Of a stretch of 64,000 nucleotides of DNA, positions 1-13,684 are shown piece by piece. Under the pieces are notes generated by a model. The model was given only the letters and a program-made list of their open reading frames with translations. It was not told where the DNA came from and searched no databases. Source of the DNA: Vicugna vicugna. Lineage: Eukaryota. The stretch spans positions 4,276,093 through 4,340,092 of the forward strand of contig MU058687.1 of NCBI GenBank assembly GCA_013265495.1, given 5' to 3'. The position numbers were made by a program, and so were the translations under genes. The number at the start of each line of letters is the position of its first letter. Within the stretch, counting starts at the first letter, position 1.

Positions 1-2329
1 AGGGACTGCAGTAGATATCACTTTATAACAAGATAGTTAAGACAGTCAATATGCTGAGGTTTTGTTTTATGGCCAAAACTAACATTTATTCAATCAATGA
101 GAGATATCAATTATAACAGCATGACTCAGACCATGGGTAGACTTCAGAGCCCCTAGATTAGAACATTAGTGTTATATTATCAGATATGTTGCAGTTGTTG
201 CTTCCATAACAGCCCTTGCTCTTTAATGCAGTGTCAGAATTGAGGGAGAGAAAAAGTCAAATGGCAACTAATTTATCACCAGATTTATAGCCAAATAACC
301 AAACGATTGAAACTAATCAGGTCTGTTTTCCAAAATGAATAATGACATTCAGGACCTCTGGTTATACAGATGTTTAGATTGTGGATGTCCTAAGAATTCC
401 ATGGTCTGTGCTGGCTTTAAAGAGATCCAGTTGTTCTTGTGTGCCCTGGGTAGCATAGCACCAAGAAGAAGGTGTTCTGGGGAAAGAAAAGGAAAAAAAA
501 AAATACCATTTTTCATCATCACACTGAAAAAGTCATTGCACTGAAAAAGTGCCAACAAACCCTAAATAATTTTGTGTTGATTGTACTAAATTAGAATAGT
601 GATAGCTATAATCATTTGATCCCTGAGGCATTAATGAAAATTCAGCATTATTTTGTGTAGAATATGTATCATTACCCTTGAGCTTGGGAAAGATTATTAG
701 TAAGTCTGATTAAATCTGGAAGCAGTGACACAGGCTATCTTTAACCCACTAATAACAGGGCTATATTGTAATTTTATGACGAATGAACACAATTTAGCAT
801 TTTTAGCACTTGGTGGGGGAAATAAGAAGTCTGCATTCATTTTCTTGATTAGACTGCAAAGTAGTACAGAGAAGCTCGTAAGGAACGCTACGTAATGAAA
901 TAGTATTCTTGCTGATTGATTAACCTATCCTAGCTTCCAAACCCCACAGGATTGGTTATTGTTATATGATCAAAGATACTATTAAGCGACATTCTAGAGA
1001 TCATGAATTCTTAGATGCAGGGGTACAAAAAGATAAAAACACTATCAATTTGCATGTATGTATTCCCCTTATCTTTTCAAGTGCTTTCGCATGAATTTTA
1101 TGGTTTAATAGCCTAGTAACTGTTGGAGTGAGTTAGACTTTTTACCACTTGCTTTATGAATAAGAAAAGCACAATCCAGTTCAGGTACTTCCTAAACTCC
1201 CATAGACTGTCAGAAAAAGCCAGCATGGGAACCCCAGTGTCTGGGATCCATGTTAATACATTTTTTGACCTCTGTGGAAAATTAATTTTATGGTAATTAC
1301 AGATTATTGGCTATCATTATTTTGAATTCTCTCCTTTAAAAGAGATGTCTATTCTGTATGCATAGATCATATTAGAGATTCTTACTGATCAAATGGGTCG
1401 CAGTCCGGGTTTTAATTTTTAGTGCTAGGCAAAACTGTTTCCAAAATTCCCTGGCAATTTAGGACAAGTTCTGATTTCCAGATAGCGTCTGATGCTCAGT
1501 AGTAGCTTGGTAAATATTAATTCCTTTTCTTATTTCCATCCCTATATTGTGACCTTCTGCACTCTAAAGAAGGAACTCTTCAGTCTTAGGTGACCTAAAA
1601 ACAATGTTGGTGGCCTGTGTAATCTTACCTTTAAAACTCTATTCACAGGTGATTATTGTCATTAATTTTTTATTCTTTTTTATTGGATAAAGCCAAACCT
1701 TGTTTTAAAATGCATGGCTAGAGGGAGTTAGTATTTAGTCTCCCTCAAAGCCCCAGTATTTCTACTTGAAACACAGCTTTGTAAATGAATGGCAATCCCT
1801 TTCTCCAAACATTAGCATCATAATGGAATTCTATTGAATAGCCTGAATTTAGGGCAATTGGAGCCCCAAATTTAAAGTTATTGAAATCCTATGGGTCCTG
1901 CTTGGCATGTAACAGATCAGGTTCTTTGGAGAAGATAAATGGAGAAATGAATCATTGTAATACAGTAAAATATATGGTAAGAAAAAAAGAGGGGGTATGG
2001 ATAAGGGGCAATGGTAATGCTTAGGAGAGAGAGAAAAAGAAAAATTCCTGGCGGTGGGTAAGAGGGAGGGAAAACTCTTTCTGGAAGGGACATCTGAACA
2101 CCAGACTAAACAAAGCTGGAAACCTTGGAATTATCCCTGGCACTTTTTCTCCCTTACCCGCAAATATTCTGTCAATTACCAAATGATTCTCCATTTTACC
2201 TCTAATCATTTCCCTGCTCCATTGTTGTTTCTTCACCCATCACTGACTTACATGGAGTTGTCTTCGTCTCTATTTAAAATGGGCTGGCTTATTTGGTGTT
2301 CCCCTTTCTAGGCATATCACCCCCAAAAT

Positions 2330-2800
2330 CATCATCTAGACTATTTAAAATCTTAAAGCTTTGCATACCTCCCCCTTGCTTGAAAGCCTGCAAGGGCTTC
2401 TTACTGCCAATAGAATAAGGTCTGAGAGGATGACTCTGTATGGTCTAGCCTCTCCCTGTCTCTCATGATGTGTTTATGCTGCAGAATTGTCCTTTCAAGA
2501 ACGTTACACTCTGTTTTATGCCTCCATGCCTTTTCCTCTTTTTGTAATGCCTTTTCATATCCTTCCCTGACTGGGTGAGTTCTATACATCCTTTGTTCGT
2601 TCAGTGTCCTTCATCTAGTATGATGTTGCAATTCTCCCATTTTAAATCTCCACTGGATCAGGTGCAATTCTCTATTTTAGAGCACCTGTGCATACCATAT
2701 CCCATTCATCTTTGTATTTCCTGTTAAGCACAATGCTTGGCACATCATACTTGCTCGACAAATGTTGGTTGGTCTGATCATAAGAATGACATGGATGGAT
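2330..2800 (+). mobile_element. LINE L2 3' fragment
   Basis: Degenerate L2 3' end, e.g. 'agcacaatgcttggcacatcatacttgctcgacaaatgttggttgg'; boundaries approximate. Confidence 0.6.
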
Positions 2801-2867
2801 AAAATAGGTAGTTGCTAGGACAACAAGTGTAGAAATGAGAGGGAGGTAGAAAATCAAATGGCACAGC

Positions 2868-3486
2868 TTAATAATTTTCTGTTGCTGAGCAACAAGTTAC
2901 TACAAATTTAGTGACTTAAAACAGTGTCCATTTATTATCTCACAGTTTCTATAGATCACAAGTCTGGGTAGGTTGGCTGGATTTTCTGCTCATGGTCTCA
3001 CCTTGATCATAAGGCTGAAATCAAAGTGCTCATTGGATTGAATTTTCATCTGAAGATTGATGAGGTAATATCTGCTTCAAAGCTTCCTTGTGTTGTTGGC
3101 AGAATTTATTCCTTGTGGCTGTAGAAATCATGGCAGCTTCTTCTTCAAGGCCAGTGGTGGAGAGAGAGTGTCGCTATTGCTTCAAGTTTCTGCCTTCCAG
3201 GAAGGCTTAGACCCTCTTCAGAGGGTTAGCCTAATTAGGTCACGTTCATCCAGGGTAGTCTTCCTTTTCATTAACTCAAAGTCTTTAATTACATCTGCAA
3301 AATCCTCTGTCTTTGCCATATAGTGTAATATAATCATGGGAATGATATCCTGTCACCTTTGCCATATTCTATTGTCTGGAAGCAAGTCAAGGTTCTGTCT
3401 GCGCTCAAGGGAAGCTGATTATTCAAGGGCATATGTACCAGGGGGCAAGATCTTAGGGCCCATCCCAAAATTCTATCCACCGTACA
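2868..3486 (-). mobile_element. MaLR LTR, MLT1 family (MLT1D/E/F-like) solo LTR
   Basis: Antisense MLT1 hallmarks 'aaatttagtgacttaaaaca..catttattatctcacagtttct', 'aaggctgaaatcaaagtg', 'gttgttggcagaatttattccttgtggctgtag'. Confidence 0.8.
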
Positions 3487-4615
3487 CATATTTTAGGATA
3501 TCTTGAAAAATAAATGTATGTGGGAAAGTGGAGGAACATGAGCTAGAAGGAAAAGTAAAGACTATGTCAGGAAATGATTTAGGTGGCCCTTGTAAGAAAT
3601 GTATACATTACCACGTGGAGCGTCATAGGGGGTTAAGAAAGGTTATTGTTTGGAGCATGACTCTTCCAGTATTAGAAATAAGAACAACTTGGAAAATCTG
3701 TTTCTTGCTTTTGTTCTCATCCTTGCTTTCTCTTTCACTTGCCTTGTCTTGTTCCAGAAAGTGTCTAAAATGGCTCACCAGTAGAATTCTGCTGTATACC
3801 AATTTGCAGTGACTTGGTATAATGCCTTAGGGAGGAATGTTTTATTTTTAAATCACTGGTGACCTAGACAGAATTATATTTTCTAAAGTTATCTGAATCC
3901 ATGAGGTTGGCAGCAGTTTAAAAGGACAGTGACCCAACTTTCAGTTCTGAATTCTAATTTGGATCTGTTATCTGACAACTCAGGCTGTTCTAAATCTAGT
4001 CCATCTGTGTGTATAATACAATTAAATAAGGAAATGAATGCACAATGTTAGAATACACGCAGGCAAAAGTATCTTTTGTTTTTCTCTCTCCATCCTCTAA
4101 ATGAACTTTGGACATCTTCTGCAATCTATAAACTAATGTTTCTGAAAATATCCCATTTATCTTATGTCAACCTTTGGATGGGAAAAATTAATATAGCATG
4201 CCATATGTCATCTTTTCTTTTCTTAAATAATCACATGATGTGAAATTCACAGCCTTCCTTTTCATGCGTGTTTTGTCTCCAAAATATCTATCTGTTTTAT
4301 GTCCAACAAAAATCTCCTTTGGTTACTATAAGCCTTTGGTTTAGAGATTTGAATTTTTTGCCTGAGGTGCTACTTTGTTGGTTTTAAAATTTTTATCATT
4401 GAATTCAGTAAAATAATTTGTGTGGATTGATTTATGCCCTTTGAATATTATTGAAGTATTTTAGTCTATAAGATTTACCCAAATAGAACTGAGAAGTTTG
4501 GGGACTAGGAAGTCCAGTCTTCCTCTGTTAGGAATCTTGGCTTGGATTTATGGACACCTGGTTTCTGTTTAATCTAATGATATGCTCCCCTACTTATCTT
4601 GTCAGACGTTTTCAT

Positions 4616-5708
4616 TGTTAGTTAGGTCTTAAAGAGAAAAATTATTCCTGCTACTCTGCGGTACTTCTGACACCAGAGGTGTGTGCGTTTTTTTTTTTTT
4701 TTTTTTTTANNNNNNNNNNNNNNNNNNNNNNNNNNNNNNNNNNNNNNNNNNNNNNNNNNNNNNNNNNNNNNNNNNNNNNNNNNNNNNNNNNNNNNNNNNN
4801 NNNNNNNNNNNNNNNNNNNNNNNNNNNNNNNNNNNNNNNNNNNNNNNNNNNNNNNNNNNNNNNNNNNNNNNNNNNNNNNNNNNNNNNNNNNNNNNNNNNN
4901 NNNNNNNNNNNNNNTTTTTTTTTTTTTTTTTTTGACACCAAGCAATTCTCCACATCTTGTTGGACCTCATCTGGGTGTCCTGCAATTTAACTCAATTCTG
5001 ACACTAATTGCCTGCAGTTAATGCAGACCCAAAAGGTTAAGGGCTCAATCCCACAAGACTGCCTCCCACTTCAGATGCTAGTTACAAGTCCCAGATTGTT
5101 ATCTGCACTTCTGCCCAATTGGCTGTAAGTCAGGAGTTCCCGCAACCCTCGCTTCAGGTTTAATACTTTGCTAGAATGTCTTACATAACTCGAGAAAGCA
5201 CTTACATTTACTAGGTTATTATAAAAACTGTAACAAAGGATACAAAGGAACAACGAGAGAAGAGGTACCTGGGGCAGGATGTATGGAAGGGGTATACTCC
5301 AGGTCTGCCACTCTGTCAGCACCTTGGGGTGTTCACCACCTGGCAGCTCTCTAAACCCTGTTGTTTAGGGGTTTTATGGAGGTTCTGTTACTTAGACATG
5401 ATTGATTAATTCATTGGCCATCAGTTATTAATTAAATACCCACCCTGCTCCCCAGAGGACTGGGGCTGAGGCTGAAAGTTCTAGCCTTCTAATCATACTG
5501 GGTTGGCTCCCCTGGCAACCAGCCTCCATCCTCCAAGAGATACCTCATTAGCATAAACTCAGGTATGATTCAAAACACTTTGTTATAAATGATTAAAGAT
5601 GCTCCTCTCACCCCATCACTCAAGAAAGTATAAGAGTTTTAGAAGCTCTGGACCAGGAACTTGGCACAAAGATCAAATATACATTTCTTATTATAACACA
5701 ATGTCACA
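4616..5708 (-). mobile_element. ERVL-type LTR, MER21 family (MER21B-like), interrupted by an assembly gap
   Basis: Minus strand begins TGTGACATTGTGTTATAATAAGAAATGTATATTTGATC..CCAGAGCTTCTAAAAC, matching the recalled MER21 5' end; also 'caattctgacacta..cagacccaaaaggttaagggctcaatcccacaagactgcc'. Confidence 0.85.
4710..4914. other. Assembly gap (205 N) flanked by T21-A and T19
   Basis: Directly visible. Confidence 0.99.
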
Positions 5709-5829
5709 GATCTGTTCTCTATGTTAAACTGAAATCTGCCTCTACAAAAACTACTTCCATTTGCTTGCAATCTGTTGACTGTCTAACCCAAGTTACATAT
5801 TACTGGGTTCCATTAAATTTCTACTGTCT

Positions 5830-7060
5830 TTTTTAAGTTAAATTTTCATGTTTCTTTTAATCAGATTGTCACACATAAAAAGATTCCTGTAAAGATTATA
5901 ATGAAAATAGTAAGACAAAAATGTTGACCTAATTCCACCCCACCTCGATCAAGAGATATCACTTTCAGCTTTTTTAGTTGTTTCTTCTGGTTTTACATTC
6001 ATATTTCTAAATTACATGCATTTGTTTTGCTTTCCTTTATTTACATTTTATACATGAATGCTCATTTTATACATTAAACAATTTTTAAATACTCTCTATT
6101 TTATCTCCCAATCCTTCTGCTGAATAAATCTCTGCTAATAAATATACAAGATGTAATTATTTTTATTTTCTAAGAGCTTTATGCTTCATTATTTTTCCTT
6201 TTAATAAGCATTCAGTTTTTGCTTTTTAATAGATGCAAGTTATCTCTGCTAATATTATTAAAAATAAGGCTTTTAAAGTTATTTTTCTGTTTCCTGTACT
6301 GTCTTTTTAAAATTCTTTTTTCTTTTCTTGTTCTCTTTATCTTAGTCTCTGGCTTTCATGTTTCTGTTAGAGGCTATCTCACAATGTCTGCTGAATTGTG
6401 GCTGTTTATTTTCACCTGATGGTAAAACTCTAACAAGCCAATTAGAAGCTATATAATTATGGGCAGTTTGTTTTTTTAATCAGTTGGTAAAGTTCGCTAG
6501 AACATAAATTGGTGGGGACCTAGCCACTTTATTGAAGAAGGGCTACCCCTTGAAAATACCTCTTATCTTCAGATCTTTTCTCTCAAGTCATTTAGTTTCT
6601 CCAATAATTCAGTGTCTCAAGTCTAAGTTAGTTTCTCTGTTTTTTTTGGTGCATGTGGGTGGTTGGGTAGTGTCTTGAGAACTAAGGAGAGAAAAGTTAG
6701 GTGGATTGTTCTCAGGGGTCAATGTGTAAATTTACATGTAACATTCCTGTTGTCATTATGACTTAATACACCTGGCAGGGTCTGAGCCTTAGTCCTCAGA
6801 TCCAAAGCTCTCCTCAGTCAGATTTTCTGAATCTATGTATTTCCTTGCCACAACGAAGAGGGTACCTGTTGGTCCATTTGATCCTTGTACAATTTCAACC
6901 AGTTCCCCTGTTTTCAGCCCTACCCCTCGCCACTGCTTTCAGAAATGATGTCTCCAATTCTTGTATCTTTCTAGGGTCCTACAGTAAATATAACTTGGTT
7001 TACTATTGGCTGCCTCCTCTGAACCACTTGACTCTTGCCTTTTTACAATATCCTTCTTCA
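5830..7060 (-). mobile_element. Old L1-related fragment(s), HAL1/L1M-like
   Basis: T-rich; motifs 'cactttcagcttttttagttgtttcttctggttttacattcatatttctaaat', 'ttagaggctatctcacaatgtctg', 'ttcagccctacccctc' resemble antisense HAL1/L1M. Confidence 0.5.
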
Positions 7061-9299
7061 TAATGATGTCCCAGAGGGACTTAATGTCTTCCGTTTGCCA
7101 CCACTCTCCTCCCATCCACTCTCCACCCCCACCCTCGACCCCCACCATCACAGATTACCTCCCACCAACCCTTATTGCAGAGCTACCATATCTGGCCCGA
7201 TTTTCCCCATTGTTACCTTCTCCTCAAATCACATCTACATTAGAGCCTGATTCATTCATTCAAAAGTAAGGACAACGCCCTTATTTTCACTTTTCCTGTT
7301 TACTCCATGGCACTGCTCACATCCACCCCTAAATGTCTAGTTATCCATTTGCTGTCAGCGAGCATGTTCTGACACTGGTTTTGTCCTGGGTCAAGTCTGG
7401 GGTTCTGAACCAAGAGCCTGGCCTTGATGGAGGAGAAGTGCCAGAAGGCAGTGATGCCTGGTCCAGTGCAAGGGACCAATGAACCAAGAGTCACCTTGTG
7501 GAGAAACTAGATACCTGAGAGCCTGTCCCACCTGAATGCCAAGGCCAAGAGTGAGATCCATGAATGATACTGGGATAGACATCAAAGAACGGAGACTTAA
7601 ACAGTGGGGTAGGGAGGCTTGGTCACAGAGGAAGTTCCCAAGCTGGGCGAGCATAGTTGGGAGGAGCTGAGGGTAGGGAGTTCGCTGAGCATCTACTGAA
7701 AACAGGAGATGGGAGCTGAGACTCCTAACCCAGCTTGGATGACACTGCTTTGCTGAAGAGTTCAAATCAGAAGCCAGTTGAGATACCTGTTAATACTAAC
7801 AAACTTTAGAAGGTTCTAGAATGGGCAAAACATCTAGGCCTGAGCTGAGTTAAAAGACTTAGTTAAGTTAAAAGACTGAGCATGGCCAGCTGGGATAGCA
7901 ACACAGCAAACTTGCTAATTAGTCTGGAGGAAGCCAATTGCCCGCATTTTTATGGACTGCTAATTGCTAAAGTAGCAGCTTGCTCTGAAGACAAAAATAA
8001 CATCATGATAATTTCTTGAATATAGTATAAAGTGGCCTTTGGGATATAGACTACATCAACTTTAAAAATATCCTGTGGTTCTTAAAGTTTAAACATATAC
8101 TGCTATTAATAAAGATATACTTTGGAAATCAGTTATTAATTTTTTTCTTTGATTGTAAGATGAGAAATTATAGTATATATAAGACTCTAGTTTGGGCATT
8201 TGTAGTAAGGATTTTATTTTAAAGTTACTGATTCTCCATTTGAATACCATTTCTCAGCCCATTTAAAAACATTTCCCAGTAAAAGAGGTAAATAATTTAA
8301 AAATGTATTTGATTCTAAGTACTGTGAGATTTTTTTCCTAAAAATGCTCTCTTTCAACCCACAGTTGTATTTGTGAAAAGATAATATGCTTAAATAATTT
8401 ATCTTTACTTTTTGCAACATTGCTGGCATTCAATAAATATTTGTAGAAAGAAGGAAGGAATGAATCAATGAGCAGATGCATAAAGCTTTGTGTGCATTAG
8501 AATGACAGAATTTCATGTTTTAAAGCATGATGGAGAACAGCCGCTTTCCTTCCATTGTTTCTTTCACGGATGAGGAAACTGAGGTAGAGAGGTGAAGCAG
8601 AGAGACTGCTCTGGGATTGGCGGCAGTCCAGCACTCTTCATTCTAAATTAATTTTCACTTCACTGAAGAGAAGAATGAATTACTTCTGCAGGGCTGATTC
8701 TGACCCAAATCAGATTAAATCAGCAAAGCTTGGCTTTGTTAAAGGCTCAAATGCCAAGTGACAAAAGTAAAGCATCTTCTAAAATAAAAACAAAGCAAAG
8801 TAATTGATGTATTTGGTTTTATTAAGGAGTGAAGTTTTCAAAGGCAAAGAGGGGAGAGAAATTGGAAACTCTGTGCCATGGACCTAATTTGAGAGTGTGA
8901 ATGTCAGACTCAATATAAAGGAGAGGTAAGCTAGCCCTGAGGAGCCGTAACTGCATAAAAGGAGAAAGCGGATTTCCTTCTCCAGTGAATCAACAGAAGT
9001 TCATGTGTCTGCAGATTTATTTATCTCTTGCATTGGTAACTGAAATCCCTTAATAAGATTGACAGCAGACTTAGATATTGCATAGTAACTATAGAATTAT
9101 ATACGGCAGAACAAATTTGACGAAGATGCAAATAATTAGTAGGTGAACATTTAGACCCAGCAATACCACTAATGGCTTAGATACCCAGGTAACATGTCTT
9201 TACTGGTAGAATTTATTAAGAACTGGATGTGAATTGTTTGTCTTCTTAATTAAAGGTTTCGTTGCAATTCCAAAGGGCTGTTAATACTAATAACAGTGT

Positions 9300-9490
9300 A
9301 GTCACTTATCAAATGTGTGACTCTGACTAAGTTATTATTCTGAGCCTAGTGTTTCTCATTTGTACAGATAGATTTATAATGGCCCCTACCACATGGAGTT
9401 GTTGTGAAGAGTGAATGAGAGCGTGTACGTAAGGTTTTGCATAGTGCGTTCCACAGAGAAAGCACTCAATAAATATGAGCTGTTGTTGTT
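9300..9490 (+). mobile_element. MIR SINE (core and 3' part)
   Basis: 'ctgagcctagtgtttctcatttgtac..gagttgttgtgaagagtgaatgag..agcactcaataaatatgagctgttgtt'. Confidence 0.8.
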
Positions 9491-9929
9491 GGCAGCCACT
9501 CCAGGGGAGCTGTGTTGTAAGAAACCATACATTTTACTGCTGCACTGAAACCTCAATAAATCATTGTTTTCTCCATGGTCTACAATACAATTTGCGGATA
9601 TTTCTACCTCAAGATCCTCCCCAAGAGGGCAGTGCAATGTAGTTGAAAGATCTTTCACTTGGAATTCAGAACATTTGGTTAAAATCCAAAGTTCACAGGT
9701 ACAATTTATGCTGTCTATTCTAGAACTCCTGCGGAGGTGAGATGCATGTATCCAACCGCTTTCTGGCTGAACAAACTCATATCTCTTAAATTTTCTTCAA
9801 TCATTTAACAGTCTCTAAAATTGAGGTGATCATACTCATCCCATTAAGATGCTATGAGAAGCCAATGAAAGTGTCTAGTGAAAGTGCTCATTTGTAGATT
9901 CCATGGTGTTGAATGAGGTCCACATTCAA

Positions 9930-10228
9930 TTACTCCTTCAAAGCCCAGTATGAAAGCCACCTCTCCTCTGAAGCCGTTCCTGAGCTCCTCAACCTCCAGA
10001 CAGATGCCAGCTCCCCTTCCTCTGCACTCCCGCTCCATGTCAGCTGATCACCCTTGGTACTCAAAGAATGGACTGTGTTGCAGAACAGTGATTTATATTA
10101 TTTCATTCCTGCCACTACACCTTCAGAAGAAAGCGCCCATATCTTATGGCTCCCATTGTCTCCCACAGTGCCTGACCCAGTATCTTGCTTATGTTGAGTG
10201 CTCAGCAAATATTTGATTAATGAGTAAA
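9930..10228 (+). mobile_element. LINE L2 3' end
   Basis: Ends 'cccacagtgcctgacccagtatcttgcttatgttgagtgctcagcaaatatttgattaatgagt'. Confidence 0.7.
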
Positions 10229-11380
10229 CAAGCTTTTATGAACCCATATGTAATACTAAGTTCTGCAAGTTATGTAGAAATAGTAAAAGCAAATAAAGAC
10301 TTAATTACAATTTTATCTCTTGCACAAGATGATCAAATCCTGTAGGATTTGAAATTAATTAGAAATTAACTCACCTTTTATTCATTCATCCTGTTACTCA
10401 ATAAGTAAACACAGGCTGAGCCTGTTCTGGGTGCCAGGTGCTTCGGTGGTTGGCACTAGGAATGCAGTCAACAAACATACATAGTTCTGTCCCATAGAGC
10501 TGGCAGCTTATACATAGTAAGAAACCAGAAGGAAATAATATTAAAACTCACTTCAGCAGACTAAACAGTTAGACCTTTCTTTGTTAAAAGAGGTCAATAA
10601 AGAATTCCAAACTGCTTTTTCTATCCATTATTAATTCCACCACTTTGGTCACTGTTCATTAGTAAGATTAACTTTGGCTACTGAGAATAGGTCAGGGAAA
10701 TCATTTTTCTGGCTTAAAAAAAGAACTATAGCTGCTGTGTGGAATTTGCTTTGAATTGTTTTCCATAATCACAAGTAATTGGGCATGTCCTATTCAGTTA
10801 AAAATAAATATACGAAAGTACATTGATCTACTTTCCTTGATAATGAGTTTTGAAAACCATAGCTATGTTACTTAAACTTACTTTTCTTCACTTATTAAAA
10901 AGTCCAGAGGGCACAAGTAACCTTTACAGAATATTTCCACATAACAGGACAGAATTATTTAATGAAATTCCTGGACATATAGTCTAATTGAAGAATTATA
11001 AGCAATTCTCCACTGACTTGGAGCCAGCCGATATGATGCAAAGTGAATTTCACAGTTATTGTATTGTCTGGGAGGGAATTTGAGTGAAAGGAAAACTTCC
11101 ATTCTAGCAGAAGCTGGTGGGATGTCACGGGATGTCACATTTTAAAGATGAGGAATGAGTCTTCTCAAGTTCGCTTACCTCTCCATGCTGCCTTCTCGCC
11201 CCTCAACCCATTCCCCCACCCCTGCCCCCCCACTCACCTATAGCACCTTTAGACTCTGCTTCCCTATAGCTGTGGGGGCTTATGAGCAAAGCAAATGAAG
11301 CTTAGAGGGCCTATGTGCCACTTTTTCCACATTAGAATAAGGAGTTTATGAATGGAAAACTCCCAAACTAATTTCCCTTC

Positions 11381-11809
11381 TGTATCAGTCAGGCTCCTAG
11401 TGGAGAAACTGATTTCATAACTCAAACGAGTAGTAGGAGAGTTGACCTATACAATGACGTGGGCAGGACAAGTCTGAGGTTCCAGAAGCCAGTAGGGTGT
11501 GACCTTTATTGCTATTGCTACTGATAGACCTAAGGGAGAAGGGCAAGGAAAATTTACTGGAACCAAGGGAGAGAGCTGTGGCCATTATTAGGAGAGGGTC
11601 TGCACACTTCAGTAGAAAATGCAAGTGCCAGCAACCTCCAAGGACTGGCTGGGAGGGCACCAGGGGGATGGATGCCACAGCCTCCCCTCCCCTACCTGCC
11701 CGCTTCCTGCCAGTGCCTCCCCCTCGGAGCAGCCCTGAAAGGTGAGGGTCCCAGAGAGCAGGCTAGGGTGGAGAATGAGTCCCAAGGGCCAAGCAGAGTA
11801 TCAAGTACA
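11381..11809 (-). mobile_element. ERVL LTR, LTR33-like solo LTR
   Basis: TG...CA ends ('tgtatcagtcagg' ... 'caagtaca'); 'cttcctgccagtgcctcccc' and 'cagagagcaggctagggtggagaatg' resemble antisense LTR33. Confidence 0.6.
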
Positions 11810-13067
11810 CCCTTTCTGTAACGAGGAACACGTATGCATTATGCCTGTGGTGCGTGTGCTCACGAGAAAGTTCTCACTGCCTTCAAGGAAGTTTGTGGAC
11901 AGTGTTCATTTAATATTCATAAAACCTTTTTGAGACGAGCATTGTTAGTACGTGACGTAACAGAGATTAATGTAAATGTGTTCACAGACACCTGCCTTAC
12001 TCCAGCTCACCAGCTCATCTCCCTCCCTTTTCATCTTTTCTAAAGAGGAGGGAGCCTTTTGTGCTGGCAGAGAGACACCGCTGGTCTAAATAGTGAGTAA
12101 GTGAGTGAGGGTACCAGTGAGTGAAGTGGGAAGGAGCGGAAAGACACAGGCTGGACATGGAGTGGGAGTTTCTCAGCAGTCTTAGGAGCTAAGGCACTAC
12201 AGCAATTTAAGGCCATGTGGGAAGTAGCGGTGGGCAAACGTGTGGAGTTACCTTTAGTGCCTTTCAGGAAACTTGAGTGAAGGATGTCGTTACTTTTAAC
12301 AGTCCTGTTGGTTATTGGACCGCGCTTTTGAAGAGACAGTACAGAGACCACCCGGTTTCTGCATTGACTAGGGTTGCACCCACTTCATATTTATTTAACT
12401 TGAGAATTAAAATGGTGAAGTGTCTGGCCTAGGATCGCACCTGCAGAAAGTGCAGAGTTGTCACTCCAGCCCAGGTCTGTTGTTTTCCAGATCCATCAGT
12501 CTCCACTCAGCTTTGGCTGACTCGACTTTTGCTGGATTTGTTCAGTGATAAAGCCTTCTGGCGGAAGGATTCCTTTTAATACATGGTGAGGCTATGGTAC
12601 ACCCCTTAATCGCTGGGCAGATTTGTCCTTTATACACCCTGTGTAAGGGGGCTAGGTTAGTGATGGTCACGTGTCCTTGAGCCATTCTGATGAATGGTTC
12701 CATGATGAAATTTTGCTTGCTTTATTTATTTTTTATAACGTCATTGCATCCTGTAGAGTAAGAACTGGACTTACTGTTTCTTCAGTCTGTTTAGTCACAA
12801 CATTGTTATTTTAAGAATGTTGTTCTAATGATTTCTAATTGCTCTTAAAGCCCTGTTTGAATCTTAGTGCAGATCTTTGTGTTGTATGTCACCTGTGACC
12901 CACCTCCACTTTGTCTCATTCACAGCCTGTCATGATCAGAAAGCATTTATTAATCAGGCACTTTTGTATATTAGAAAAAATCAACAGATTGAGTTTTGTT
13001 CCTGGGATATGAAAGACAGATTAAAGAGAACACCAGTGCAGGCAGGCAGGTAGGAACTGCTGACAGC

Positions 13068-13110
13068 GGTGTGTCCTGTGGGTGTGTGTCCTGTGGGTGT
13101 ATGTCCTGTG
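13068..13110. repeat. Short minisatellite, three copies of a 13-15 bp unit (ggtgt[gt/at]gtcctgtg)
   Basis: Directly visible. Confidence 0.85.
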
Positions 13111-13431
13111 AGCTTTTTTACCCTTCTGTCTCCATCGGCTTAGTAACCCTTCTAACTCCCTGCCTGAGGCCAAAATCACAGACATTTCCCCTGCTGCTCA
13201 CCTTTCTGATTCTGTTGGGATTGCTCTGTATTAGATTTCTTGTTAAGACTTATCTCCTTATCCAGCTTGAATCTGCGGCACTGTATTTTCCTGCTGGTTC
13301 TAGATTCAGGATTTATTTTTAAAACATTTGATTACATAGTGATAGAAATGACTGTCCACATTCAGCATCATTCTAAAGCAAAAATGAGTTTATTTTCCTT
13401 AATCCAAGATACGTTAATGTCTTATTGCAGT

Positions 13432-13684
13432 TGATGGAGTGGTTAAGGGAACGGACTTTAAAATCAAATAGCCTGTGTCTGAATTCTAGCTCAACAATTA
13501 ACTAGCTGTGGGATCTTGGACAAGTCACTGGGACTCTCTGGGCCTCAGTCTTCTCATCCGTACAAGAGGGACAATGTTAGTATTTATTTCCTAGAGTTGT
13601 TACGAAGATTTATAAGTTAATAAGTAGTATTTAGTATCTGACACATAGCAGACAGCCAAGTAAGTGCTGGCTGCTGTTATTATT
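13432..13684 (+). mobile_element. MIR SINE, near full length
   Basis: 'agtggttaagg..gcctgtgtctgaattctagctc..actagctgtgggatcttggacaagtcact..gggcctcagtcttctcatc'. Confidence 0.85.

Noticed and set aside
4622..5021. Six overlapping ORFs with poly-K/poly-F and X runs
   Set aside because: Artefacts of the N gap and the flanking T tracts
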